Below, in pieces: positions 24,301-37,240 of a stretch of DNA of 64,000 nt (position 1 is the stretch's first letter; each line of letters opens with the position of its first letter). Below the pieces are notes generated by a model. That model made no database searches. It saw only the letters and a list, made by a program, of their open reading frames with translations, and was not told the origin of the DNA. A program made the position numbers and the translations under genes. The DNA lies in NCBI GenBank assembly GCA_973895155.1, contig OZ316897.1:8641832-8705831 (forward strand). Direction: 5' to 3'. The stretch is from Marsupella aquatica. Lineage: Eukaryota > Plantae > Marchantiophyta.

Positions 24301-26224
24301 GCAGTTACACAGGAATACGGTTACTGTTTACGTTGAACACTATTTACTTTTATAAAAAAACATTTATAAATTTAAGTAAAGAGAATATGGGTGAATGTTT
24401 TTAATCTCGCCCTTTGTATCAATAGATTTGGATGAACTTTTATTTACTTTTACATTATGTTTTGACGGCATGGCGTCCATAAAATTACACGAAAAGTGAC
24501 GTAAACAAGATGGAGAGGAGTTTATTCGTTGCGCAAACATGACCATTCTTGTTTGTTGCGGTTGTTGCTGACGTGGCACGCTGTGGTGCCAGGAATTTTG
24601 GAAGGAACCTCTAGTGGGGTCTGTAAATACAGTACAGTGTATGTATTTTTATAGATTAATTTATATGTGTATGTTTGTACATATAACGTACATCATACCA
24701 GGTAAGAGAAGGCCCTGGTAAGGGTGTCAATTCATCTTGCAAAAGGACAAAAACGATTTTGGTTTCAAAAGAAGTGTAAAAATGTGTGATGCCCATACAC
24801 CTCAACCTCCCCCCTTGTATCTACTACTAAGTCTAGATTAAATTACTTAAATTAACAGACTAGTTTTTCTCAAAAATACACTTGGAGCCTTGGATTAGGT
24901 TTTCCAACGGCAACCTTTCAAAATACCAATGCAACCTTTCACAGCATCACACATCCACACTGGAGACCTTTGGTTTTATGTTTAGACCTTGGGTTGCAAG
25001 GACCTAACTAACTAAGGCTCAAATCTTCCATTTAAGCACTTGCATGTGTGTAAGAGTGGTGTACATGGGGTGCATACCAAATAGAACGATAATTTTTATG
25101 CAAGAACGCCCAAACACTTACAATTAATGTCTTGTAGAGAAACAAGATGGCTTGGTTTGCTTGGTTTTGATATGACTTATAGCCCCCTTTCAAAGTTTAT
25201 CTATTACTGGTCACAAACTAAAATGTTGGAACAAGATCAAGTGCAATCCTGAATTAGTATTCCATGACTCATGGCCTGCATGAGAATATATTAGAGCTTC
25301 TTGGATTTGCATACAACGTGATTTAATGAAGCACAAGGAATTAGCAGAAGAGCTCACTTTGGATCATACCTGAATGCAGCCTCAATTGTCTAGCACGACT
25401 TAGGTAAAGATCAACCATACTCAAATATTTGTTATTGTGGTTCCCTGTTTGCAATAATTTATTGACTCTACAAAACTGGTGAAGAATGCTTATATCTACA
25501 TTGTCTTACAATTGCCAAAAGTTTCCACCCGGAGGGCACCATGTCCATCATGTCTTGAGAATGATTTAAGAATGCACAATTATAACTTCAGTACGTCGAC
25601 AACAAGGGACTACTAGATCAGAGAATTGGTATTAATGCTGACTATATAGGTAATAACAAGAGAAAGACAAATTTTAATGTTTCTCTCGAGGATAGATTGT
25701 TTTAAACACTGGGATTTTAAACTTCTAGAACCACAGTTGGTTCTCAATCCTATGAATTATTGAAATGCCGCAACTGTCTTCCATCATATGTCACTGCAAC
25801 TTCATTCATTTAATTTTGGAGGTACGTAGAGTCTTTGGCATTCTTCTTTGAGAACACGGGTTACTTATGAATTGAAGTTCATAAGTTCATTGAGTTGTAC
25901 ATAGCACTCAATGAGACGCTATCCCGGTGCTGCCAAAATTACATAATCATTGTGTGATCCATCCTGCAACCATTCTTTGCTCGCTTCCACTATATTTCTT
26001 CCCCCCTTGATTGGCCACTTCAAGTTTACTGAATGCTAACTATTCAATTTTGGCCCAAGCTTGTAGAGAAGCTTTAGCTTGGTACCTAACCTTCCATTCC
26101 ACACCCTAAATTGGCAATAATTGCCTCTGACTCCAAGTATATTTTTTATTGGGCTCGGTGTCCATTGTTTTGAAATACGGACATTTCTTCCACTAGCAGT
26201 ACACTACTTTGTACAACCAAGATC

Positions 26225-26782
26225 ATGGGTTGGGTCCCTGCTTGGACTAATAGAAATTACCTGATGGAGAAGAGATCCCCATCAAGGATGAAGAAACTAT
26301 ACGAGTTGGAGAAGGTTGTGTCCAATGGCAAACATACAGCAATGTTTGGGAAAAGATTATCACGGCAAAATATTGGATTATATCCATTGCATTGCCCAAA
26401 TTATAGTGAGGTAATTTCACCTAACACACACGAAGGAAAGACTGTAGAGGATTTAGAGCGTGGATGGAGGTACGCTATCAAGGGCATAGAGGATATAAAA
26501 AGCACATCACCCCCGCCCATCCCAACAGTGGATAAGAGTATTAAAAATATTAAGGTTTTAGCAGAAAAAGTACGCCAAGTTCACCAGACAGTGACCTTGA
26601 CAAGAGTTGAGGGAAAGCTAAACAAGTTAGAAAGGGGATGGGCATTAAGCTACAGGATAGAAAGGCAGGCCCCAAGCTTTGGACTAGGGAAACCAAAGGA
26701 AAAAACTCCAGTTGAAGTGAAAAGAGAGAAGCTTGCTAAAAAGTTGGAAAAGGGTTGGGTGGGAAATTTCTTTCATGTGTAA
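26225..26782 (+). CDS. Intronless orphan ORF, 185 aa, basic, with three LE(R/K)GW motifs
   Basis: ATG-to-TAA ORF with protein-like composition and internal repeats DLERGWRY, KLERGWAL and KLEKGWVG. Family not recognised. Confidence 0.4.
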   Translation: MGWVPAWTNRNYLMEKRSPSRMKKLYELEKVVSNGKHTAMFGKRLSRQNIGLYPLHCPNYSEVISPNTHEGKTVEDLERGWRYAIKGIEDIKSTSPPPIPTVDKSIKNIKVLAEKVRQVHQTVTLTRVEGKLNKLERGWALSYRIERQAPSFGLGKPKEKTPVEVKREKLAKKLEKGWVGNFFHV

Positions 26783-28299
26783 CAGTACAAACCAATAGTG
26801 TAACATTCACTGACTTTCCACTAAATTTTGATCCAAGATTCGAGTCTTGATATCTACAATTCTCTCAGCACATTCCCATTCACAATTGAAATTCAACAGG
26901 AAAACCAAATTGATAAGAGGAAAGGCCGATGTGAATAATGACTCACATTTTTGCACCTGGAATCATTAGATAGCTATATCGGAATGGTTAAAGAAGTCTT
27001 TGTCAGTGCCAAGTGATATACTTTGTCAAGCAGGATATCTCCAATCATTTATTGTGTCTCCCTGTGAATAACATGGCCAAAGGTGAGATACTGAATTTTC
27101 CGCATTAATCTGAAAGATTGATTATAAGCCTAGGTTGGTTTTGTACCTAAAAGGTACACATCAAAAGTGGGGTTGTAGCTCCCATTGTAACTGTCCCAAT
27201 AGCATATCACTTAAACCACCACTGTCCACCAGGTTCCAGAAGGACAAACTAGAGCACTGTTTTACTCTTTTGAGCCCATTTTTGGTTTATTTTAGTAACC
27301 TGGATCCGCCAGGAGTTGCTTGGGGGACGGTGGGGCTGTCTACCAGGTTCAGGGAGGACAAAATAGAGCAGTTTTTTTTCTCTCTTTTGAGCCCATTTTT
27401 TGGTTTATTTTAGTGACCTGGATCCACCAGGATTTGATTGGGGGACAGTGGCGCTTTAAAGGGCAACTCTGTCGGTTGAGGAAAATGACTATGTTAGAAG
27501 TTTTGAATAGACATTGATGATTCTAGAAATTCCAAATACAATTGGAAATCAATTACGGTACAACTATCTTGAATGTTAAATATTACTTTAGTTTCTATGA
27601 CCGCATGGGCCCCATGAGCAAGGTATAATTAGGAATCAATGTAAGCTACAGTTAGTAGCTGATGTACTGGGTTAAATACTAGTCTCTTAAACAACTGATG
27701 CTCTGTGAGTAATACTTTACCTTTGGGACGTCAATAGTACCTCCATAATCTCACTACCGTACTGTGCAACCCTCATCGAATCTGGTATCAAAGTTCAAGA
27801 CATCATTCTGACTTGGCCTGCTGGCTAAGATCAAATGTAGTATTCATTCTGATCAATCAGAATTGATCAAACTTTAAATTTAAATCAAAAGCTTGTCAGA
27901 TAAGAAGTTCTGACATGCTTGATCATCTTATGAATGAAATGTGTTAGGCTGGAATTTGAATCGTCTAAAATTTAATCCAAGCATGACCTTTCTAATAGTG
28001 CTCATTGGGAAGCTCTTGGTATGCACCTGGGATTTAAACTTCAGTAGTACCACTTCATTTCTTGCCTTTTTTAGTCACAACCTTTTGAACTTCAAAGCAT
28101 ACACATAGTTGTGGAGGCTATAGAGATTTGGAGATGGAGGAAAGATGAATCCCAGCCAATGTAAGGAGGAAAATTTAAAGTCAGAGAGTCTAATATTGCA
28201 CAAGCCATAAATGAACTAGTTAAGAATATTAAAAGCAACCCTGCCCCACAGGCTGGAGTGGTGAGGACCCAAATATCTGTACCCAAAATGTTGAGCTCT

Positions 28300-29750
28300 A
28301 AGCTTTACTCATGTGGATGCTCAAGTATTTGAAGATATCATTTACATTCTTGAGCTTGTTGTGTACAGATGTTGGCAAGAGGCTTGAGTTCCAACCACCC
28401 ATGCCAAAATGTTCAAGTTTCCTGGATAGACATGATCTGGAGCTTTTGTACATTAGACCTTCATGTGAAGGAATTATGCTTTTGTAGATGAGGAAACTGA
28501 GAAAAGGTGATGGGGTGAATCATAGAGTAGCAGATGGATTGTTCCAATTAGAGCTGTATGCCATCTTCAAATGGAACCAAGTCCAAAGAAGTCATTCTTG
28601 ACAAAGGTGATGCAATTGTGGAAAGGGGGAGATGTAGATGTTGTGGAATTGATTCACATGCATTGGAAGGTACTTGAGGTGGTCAAACAAGCGACGATGG
28701 GAATTCTAGCTGAAGTATTGGATTCTGCCATGGATTTCGTGTACTTTGTTTTCCTGCATAATGACGAAGCATCATAGCGTATTCTTGAAGCACAGTATTG
28801 TGGACCAAATGATGTCATTGTGTAATGGACGTTGATCGAAGGTTTCTCTTGATTAGGGAGCTTTTGAGGAAATGCATGGTGATTGATTGATGGGCTGCAC
28901 TTGGAGCACTTACACTAGTTCTTACGATCCAAGGGCAAGCCAACCTTCTCTGTGGAAAAGATTCAAAAAGCTCTTTTGCAGTGTGAATCCTGAGCCCATA
29001 GCGATGCCCGGGACGTATCCAATGACTTTTCCTGTGAATAAGTCTTTCGAAAGCAGCGCACAAGTTTACATTCCTCCAACACCCACCAATTCTAATTTTG
29101 CGTCAACTTCTTGGGGAGGAGGAGGTTCTCCAACGCCATCAAACCACTTGTTGCAATTTGGATCATCCTCTCCACAGCAGTCAGGAGAGATGGTCCCCTA
29201 CGGTGGAGGACCTATTCCAACTCGCCCCAATTTCCTTCTTGGCCTGGGATCATCAAGAGGCTCCAGAGGTTCAGGTCTAGTTGGACATGGACCCAACTGT
29301 CCTCGTGACCATTGCTGCAATGAATTGAAATCCTCAATACCTACTGCCAATTTGCACACTTGTGGGCGTGGGCGACCCCAAAACCTCTTTCAATTTTGTT
29401 CCACTAGCCAGCAACAACCGCGACTCCCTGGGAGGATATTTGCTCCACACTATCATCTCCACAGTAAACCTTTCCCGCATACACACCTTCACCGCTTCCG
29501 CAGGCGACACACACATCACCATCACCCATTTCTCCACCATCATAGTCAAGGACCAGGCAGAGGATCACAATATCATGGCCAAGGGTACATTGTTGCACAC
29601 CATCACCATCACCACCATGTCAACTTCCAATAGTAACTTCGTCATTCATTCACTCTCGGGTTCATCTGACAGAATCTGGTTGTTGCAACACCACCCCCAC
29701 TTGCCCCGATCTCAAGAGAAGAATCCTATATCCTCCATAGCCATCACATT
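28300..29750 (-). pseudogene. Degenerate TE-like ORF, possibly Myb/SANT-like (Harbinger ORF1/trihelix type)
   Basis: An acidic/Gly-rich stretch is followed by NWWVLEECKLVRCF...SLWAQ/LRIH, resembling the W-x-x-E-E...L...W spacing of SANT-like helices. Interrupted by stops and frameshifts. Confidence 0.3.
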
Positions 29751-31776
29751 TTGGTTCGCCAAAAGCGCCTCCAGTACAAAACAGTAACTGTATATAAGGG
29801 CCCGGACTTCAAATTGTGGAGCCAGAATCCACCAAACGATGGTAGGTTCGTCACAATCAGAACAAACAATCATCCCTTGAGAAGTAAGGGATTTTGAAGG
29901 CCATCCCAAATCACGAGCTACCAAAATCGACAGGTACATTCCAATATCCCACACATGGTATAGATTCCAGAGTTAAGTGTAGACCATGCATGCTTTATAA
30001 TATATATACGGCTCGTCTGCCATGGATTTGCTTCAAGTATGCCTGCGTCAGAGGACTATTCATCACAACTTAGTATAAAACCATATTTGTCCTGGACTAG
30101 TCACCGAGTAACATTTCAAAACGAACGAGATTAAGAAAGATGCAAGTATTTGTGGTGTACATCGTAAAGAAATTTTCGAACTTCGCATCTGTGACAGAAC
30201 TTGATTGGACCTCAAGAGTGGAATTGAGCAACGCATTTTCTGGCACCACAACTGAATACTGAAGCTCCTTGACAGGACAGGACTCCGGACGTGCAATGAT
30301 TTGCTACAACATAGAGAAAAGCTCTTATTATGAGAATTCATACAATTTAAATGTGGAAGCTCGTCAGAATGAGACTCACTGTTGGAGGAAGGGATACATG
30401 TAAATGAGTGACACCTTGCTTTCCCATCTCAGCTGTATGCTACTCCCAGGAATGCAATATATCATGAAAAAGTCATTTCCCCATTACGATTGAAATTCCT
30501 CAGTCCAGTCTGGGGTAATCAACAGCACAATTAAGAAGAGTCCTTCTCAGTTGGTCCCAAGCTTGTTGCGGTATTCACAGGCACGTGTATCAAGCTAGAG
30601 TCGAAACTGTGTAACAATACGAAAGGTCACTAATTACGATACCACTGGCAATTACCTTGGCAATAGAGATAGTGCAATGGCATTACTCAATTGTAACCAA
30701 AGTATAACAAAACCACTGAGAAATCCCTCTGAAATGCTGAACCAAATACTTCTTTAAACAAGTGAGACCTAAGGTAATTAAAAATAAGCCACTCAAAACA
30801 CAATATGACCAGGGAAAAGAGGGAGACGCAACCAGGCTCACCCTTGCTCAATAGCATATTTCCTCCCCTCCCAACCATTAGGGTCGATGAAGGTCCAAAA
30901 GGGTAAGAGACTCGATCACTGCATGTCAATACACTTGCTACAACTATATCATGTGACAAACAGAGTGTGCTAGAGCTGTCAAATCAAATTGGTGGCCCCA
31001 AAGCCTAACCACCTATTCAACAACAAAACGCTGCATAACACTGCTTTCAATGTTCACCGTTGGTACTAAACTACAGTAAATATTCAGATACGGAATAAAA
31101 AATTCCTTCCATTTTCTTTCGACCTGTGTAGAATGCAGTTCTTGACTCAGACGCGTAATTTTGATAAGGGTTTACCTCATTTAAAGGGAGGCCATTAGCG
31201 ACCACAGTTTAAATTTCAAGTAAACTCCACTTAAGAGAATAGACACATGAGCGTCAGCTGTGCAAGGTATTGACAGCGAAGACTTCGATTTTAGATGTTC
31301 ATACTGCAGCTAGAAAAAATTCTTTCTCGCAATCGGCTATCAGACCTCGACAATGCCAGCCAGAAGAATTACAATGTGTTTCCGAGGAACATGATACAAC
31401 TAGTGCTATTACTGTCCGTTCGAAGTTCCCGAGAGGGATGGTAATGAAGTAATCAACTAATGAGCTGCCTGCAAAACAATAACACAATAGTTCGAGTAAA
31501 GGTTTTGTTGAGAGCGACGTTGACAGAGACGTTGCAGAGCCTCTTCCTATCAAATAAGCTCTACTGTTCCAACCTCAACCACGCCTCTGGAAGAGCATAT
31601 CTTTCAGCAAAACACAGAACTTTTGAGCGGAGGACATGACGAGCTCAATTCTAGCAGGACTAGTTCGTGAATATGTCAAGCTCGTAAGGCAGAATATAAA
31701 TGACAAGACTCCTGCACACAAGAGTTGCGTTTTACTAGCTCCTCAATTTGCAAATGAAATATGGAGGAGATGAACC

Positions 31777-34700
31777 TTACCGAGGTAAGACCTCCAGGTC
31801 TTCCTCCTCCTCCGGTTCCTGTTCATTGGCTTGCTTTATTCTCTTGCCCTCCCTTGGAACTGTTCTTCCTCGCTTGTTCTTCCCTCTGAAGGAAGATGAA
31901 TTTTACACAGTTGAGTGTGAGGGAGATATAAGTAGGAAATCTACTGTTGCAATACAGAATACACGATGGCTAATCAACGAAGCTCAATCAATTCATGTCC
32001 ACAAACAAAACAAGCAAGGTTGACTACAATGTGTGACAAAACTTGTCAAACTTGAAAACCTTCAGTTGTTGAATGAACTTGAGCATTTAGCTCTATGAGC
32101 TCTCTCCTCTTCAGTGTTCATGATATAATCCTTCGTGTAGTTGTATTTCACGATGAATAAGAACGAGGAATAAGAAACTGGACTTACGGGCCATTGGAAA
32201 GGTGTCCAGACTTGTTTCTACCGAGAACCCCATCAGCCCTTCCATCTGAAAATCATAAGGACAGCGCACGTTCAATATAAATGCACATCATAGAAAGAAC
32301 TTGACCGCGCCGCGTACAGTGTACTGCAGTTTCATTACAGCAAATGACCAGTTTTCTATTAGATAGTAAACATCATCGACCTGCAAAATGGATCAATGGC
32401 TTATCAAAATTTTCCACGAATTTTATATCATAAGCCAATCCCTGACTGATCATACTCCAGATTCACTGCCCCCATTCCTCAAAGATAAGCCTAAAGAAAG
32501 CCAAAAAACTGAAAACAAATGGCAAAGATGTCTTGTCAGAAACACTTCGATGTAGAAATAACATGATGGTTCGTCAAGAAAAAACAATATGGATGAAAAG
32601 TTTACACAACCCTTTAGTATGTAAATGGAACTATCGAGTAAGCCCCCAACTCGTTCGGAAAAGACAAGCAGGCAAGAATCTTTTAGAGAGGGTCACTAGC
32701 AACAATAGAACATAGGAATTCCGAGGTCACCGAGCACTGTCTTTGCTTGAACAGATTTTTAAAGGTAAACTTTTTCGCACTTCTATAAACTTCTTCACAA
32801 ACGATGCCAAACTTTGATAGTTTAGTCATGGCACCAACATATCTTAGGTTTACGTATCCATTAGGTTGAAGAGGTTAAGCAAAGAACTCTTAAAACACAA
32901 GCTAATACATACCAGTGTCACGACCAGCAGCATTCTCCTCAACCTGGCGCCAAAAGGAGGCCCAAAGTTAATATATCGCAGAACTGGACGGATCGAAAGA
33001 ACCATAAAAGTACAGCTTATGGTGCAAGCACGTTTACATTCACACTCTTGGTGACATCACGCATACTCTTACTAAAACCACAACTACTAACTAAGCGAGT
33101 GGTGCAAAGATGTGCCAGTACCGCTGGAGATGTGACGGAAGAAAGAGAGAAAAGCCTGTCTTCAGGCTGGAACTTTCTTGAGCGTTTCAAACTGTACAGT
33201 AAAACAGATAGGGCTTAGGCAACACTTCTTATCTGACTTTTCCTTCCAAATGGCCAAAAACGTACGACATGTCTATCGCTGCTACCACAACTATAGACAG
33301 AAAGCTTTACATCAAAGGCAGTTCTTATGTGCCACGATGAGACCTGTAAACAAGAAAAGCACAGAATGACACTCGAATGCAGCATAGGATGCTGAAGAAA
33401 GAAAATACTCACTTGCCTGCATTCTTTGAGGCTGACATAAATGTTTCAAACCCTTTAAGCACACTGCCACACTGGCTGGAGTCATGGAGGTACGCTGTCT
33501 CCAAATCATACACCTGATATGATAAATGTTTGCTGCATTAGGGCGCCAATTTAAACAAGTGAAGAGTACGTCACCTTCAACTGCTCCTTTCTGCGCTCCA
33601 GCAAGACTCTCACTGGTAGGTCTCCTGAAATTTGACGGTCTTTCCTCTCTATAAGCCAACAGTCGACAAGCGAGTCTGCATATTTCGAGGCTGAGAGCAG
33701 AATTCTTCAAACTTCATTGAAAATTCATCCTCTAGTTAAGATTTACAGTCTATTTAGAACTATCAAATACGGAGGGAAGCTCATGGAAAATTAAGTGCAA
33801 ATAAGGGCTTCAGCTCTACAATCTTAGCCCGCAAATCACCGTAAGGACGCAAATATTAAGCTTTTATGACCTTCATTCCTGTCCGCCCACACTTGCCAAC
33901 CATTACTCGTAATACTGTGAGATGCGGCCCGGAGGTGGGTAAGAGACAAAAGGAAAAATGCTAATTGTCAAAGTCGACTCCAACTGAGCCCACACTAGCT
34001 TTGCACAGGAATTACTAGCATGTTCTTTGTAGGCGACCAAACCAATTATCCGAGCTAGAACTTCCACTAAATCCAATGACAAAAAACGTTTCGCAAATAC
34101 CTTAGCTGAGAACAAACTACTGAGACCTCACAGACCGTCAAGTCCCACCCAGAACCAAAAGGTAGGACAGACAACAAGGACCCAGGTGAAACAGATCTAG
34201 GTCAGCGAGAAGCTGGGGCGAGCTGATCTCCCAATTACCAGCACTCACCTCCAACTCTATTAAATTAAGTGCATAAACTCCATTCAAACGTAAAATCTCA
34301 CGGACTGACTGACTGACCTGGTGAGCATCTTTTGCCCAACACTACACTTTTGCACAGACCCCACACGTATCAGTTTGATTTAGGTCGTTCTAGTGCAAGT
34401 CAGGCTCCCACAAAAATTCTCAGCAAGAGATTAATCAGAGCGAGCCAACCACCCACATTCAAAGTTCACTGCATGTCACAAATGACGAAGTCCAAAGATT
34501 CCCGGTTGGATCAAGGCCAGGCGACAAAGCACAATAACTATTGGGAAATTGCCAGCAGTCAGAAAATGGAAACAAGCTCAAGCATTGTGGCAATGGGAAC
34601 ACAAAGGGCACACGCAATATCGTCGTCTAGGTCAGAGAAAAGCTGTCCTAATTGAATCTCAAGCGGAAGCTGCACCTCCCCTGCCAAGTGAGCCAAGGCA

Positions 34701-34990
34701 GGGGAGGCCAAGCAAAATCAGATGTAAATACTGATACGTAAGAACAAACTGCTGGTACGTTCCTGTCATCTACGTAGCACGACTACAAGCATTGGATATT
34801 TACATCTGTAAACCACTGAGACATTCGCTGCTCTGATCAGAACTCAACTCAGAGAGTGACGGAGAGAGAGAGAGCGAACAGACGACAGTACCGCCTTCTC
34901 CACAGTTTTGAGCTCGTCCTGCAACTTCTCGCGCCTGGCAAGCAGCACTGTCAGCGCTGCCTGCGGATTCCCTGCTCTCTGGCTCGACAT
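31777..34990 (-). CDS. EAF6: Chromatin modification-related protein EAF6/MEAF6 (NuA4 histone acetyltransferase subunit), 155 aa
   Basis: Exons 34892-34990, 33413-33513, 33122-33191, 32913-32943, 32188-32245 and 31777-31885 (468 nt, all GT-AG, phases consistent). They translate MSSQRAGNPQAALTVLLARREKLQDELKTVEKA|VYDLETAYLHDSSQCGSVLKGFETFMSASKNAGN|LKRSRKFQPEDRLFSLSSVTSP..., the Eaf6 signature. Confidence 0.95.
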
Positions 34991-36403
34991 GTCCCCACTG
35001 CGTGCTTCACATTCGGAACCCAATTGATCAATTAATCAATCAATCAATCACCCAACGACCCATCTGTCCAGAGCTGCCAATTCACTCCCCGATCACAACC
35101 TCTTCAAAAAACGCAATCACAGACTGTACAGTGGCGCAATCAGTCAGACAGACAGACCCACCGCCCCTGAACTTCTTCAATTCTCCACAACTTCATTCAT
35201 AATTGTCTTTCTTCCGCCCAGGTCAGTGTGGAAATGGAGTTCCTGCTTGGAAATGCAGTCCCTGCCCCACCATTGTCTGGTCTGCCGGACTTCCTATGTG
35301 CTTGATTTTTTTAGCTAATTGCTGCTGGGCGCATTTCACGATGGTCGACACTCGAGAGGAGAGGAGAGGAGAGGAGAGGAGTTTGTGAGAGCATCTCCAA
35401 CCATGGTAACTAGCCTAACTACAGTAGCCTGGTGACCAGTTCCTTCAAAAGTACATATAGGTGACAGTTTAAAAATACATTTCCTGACAAATTTTCCTTT
35501 CTATTTCCCATTCATCTTGCTTCATAGCTCTTTCTGTATGCACCCTTGCATCTTTGGGCACCCCCACTTTAAGTTGTGCCCTTTAGAGTCACAGTCTACC
35601 CCCATCCCAGTTTATGGTGGCTAGAGGCTTTCCATTCATTGTAAACCCTTCCTGAATTTTTTACCTTTGTATATGTGAACAAGGTTATGAGGCATTACTC
35701 CCAGGTGAAGCCACATAACCCCTGGGCCAGCCTGGCCTGGATATTATAAAATTTGAATGAGAAATAAAATAAAGTGCAAGTGGCAGACAGTGACGGACCA
35801 GACTTTTCTTATGTACAACTGAACTGAATGCTTTGTCAAAATTCACTCGGGCAATACACTCGGTAACTCATCCCCACTTGGGGATAATGGCTGTAACCCC
35901 CCACCCTCAAGGATTACAGCCCATTAGCCCCTCTTGGGGATGGGTTACTCTACACCTCATCCCCTGTTTTCTGTATGCATTTTTATTTCTTTCTGCACCC
36001 TCACTTTCAGTTATGCCCTTAGAGTCATACTCTACCCCTGTCCATGTTTTTTGTCACGCTCTAGAGGCTTCACTCTAGACACTAGGCCCATACTGCAACT
36101 TTTGATTGTGATTATTTATAGATTCTTGAGGGTTTTTTTTCTGTTTGACCCACGGGCCAATGTCACTTTGTGATTGAAGACTTGACTAATTTTTGCCAAG
36201 ATCTGATGGACACAAGGGCACAACACAGCCCACTACCTCAATCAGAGATTCATGAGTTTGTCTCTTGCAATAGTCTTTCATTTCACGCTGTCCTTTAACC
36301 TGTAACTCTATTAAGGGCAAACTTGCATGTGAGAAGCCTCAAGCATGCAGCCCTTTGCATTCACTATACTTTCAGGAAAAAATAGCTCTAACTTCCTGAA
36401 TTA

Positions 36404-36540
36404 TTTGCTTGATCAACCCCCACAATGAAACTTGTTACTTGTTCGACCCCTTGAGGTCTATGAACGGCCCAGATCTGAGATCGAAAGGTCCATCATCGGT
36501 CCAGATTGAGGAAAAGTATGGAGGGGGTTGATTAAGCAAA
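36404..36540. mobile_element. MITE-like element with 18-bp inverted repeats
   Basis: TTTGCTTGATCAACCCCC (36404-36421) and GGGGGTTGATTAAGCAAA (36523-36540), one mismatch. No TSD confirmed. Confidence 0.5.
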
Positions 36541-36864
36541 CTTTTTCCAGAAGGGGGTTTACTAAGCATATCCCTCCTAACTTCCTTGATAGCAGACTCT
36601 GACACAAATCTGGTTCCCTACTTCCCAATGACGACAGACTTTACAACAGGTGAAAGTTTTCTTTGTTTTTTTACAAGGCAAAGTTCGGGACGTGCAAAGC
36701 CTGGAAAAAATCCAGTCCTTGCCATTGGAGGTTCAGTCAGGCCTGTCTTGTTCAGTGATATGATGGCATGTGTGACATTTAGGGCCGCATTATGAAGAGC
36801 CAGGAACATCCGAGTTAGGCCTAAGCTTGGCTTAATGCTTAAACTAATAAGCCAAAAGTGTCGC

Positions 36865-37240
36865 CCTCTCCTCCCCGCCGTCACTTCGAATGTGAAGGTT
36901 TTGAGACCTCTTCATCTCACCCTCCCTCCCCACCCTCACTCCGAATGTGAAGGTTTGAGACCTCTTCATGGAACCTCATCTCCCCTCCCTCCCCAACCTC
37001 ACTCTGAATGTGAAGGTTTGACACCTCTTCATGGAACCTCCATCTCACCCACCCTCATTCCTAATGTGAAGGTCTTGAGACCTCTTCATGGAACCTCCAT
37101 CTCACCTTCCCTCCTCCGAATGTGAAGGTCTTGAGACCTCTTCATGGAACCTCCATCTCACCTTCCCTCCTCCAAATGTGAAGGTCTCGAGACCTCTTCA
37201 TGGAACCTCAATCTCCACCCTCCCTCCCCACCCTCACTTT
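36865..37240. repeat. Minisatellite of six ~56-bp units (AATGTGAAGGTCTTGAGACCTCTTCATGGAACCTC plus a C-rich linker)
   Basis: Unit starts at ~36888, 36943, 37006, 37062, 37118 and 37174. Confidence 0.93.

Noticed and set aside
24018-24404. 128-aa Phe/Leu/Ser-rich membrane protein ORF
   Set aside because: It is the antisense shadow of the purine-rich decayed ORF.
35389-35400. PIF/Tourist-type TIR GAGCATCTCCAA
   Set aside because: No matching opposite end was found, so no element can be delimited.
36865-37240. CRISPR array (palindromic repeat with variable spacers)
   Set aside because: The spacers are homologous C-rich variants, there are no cas genes, and the DNA is plant nuclear.
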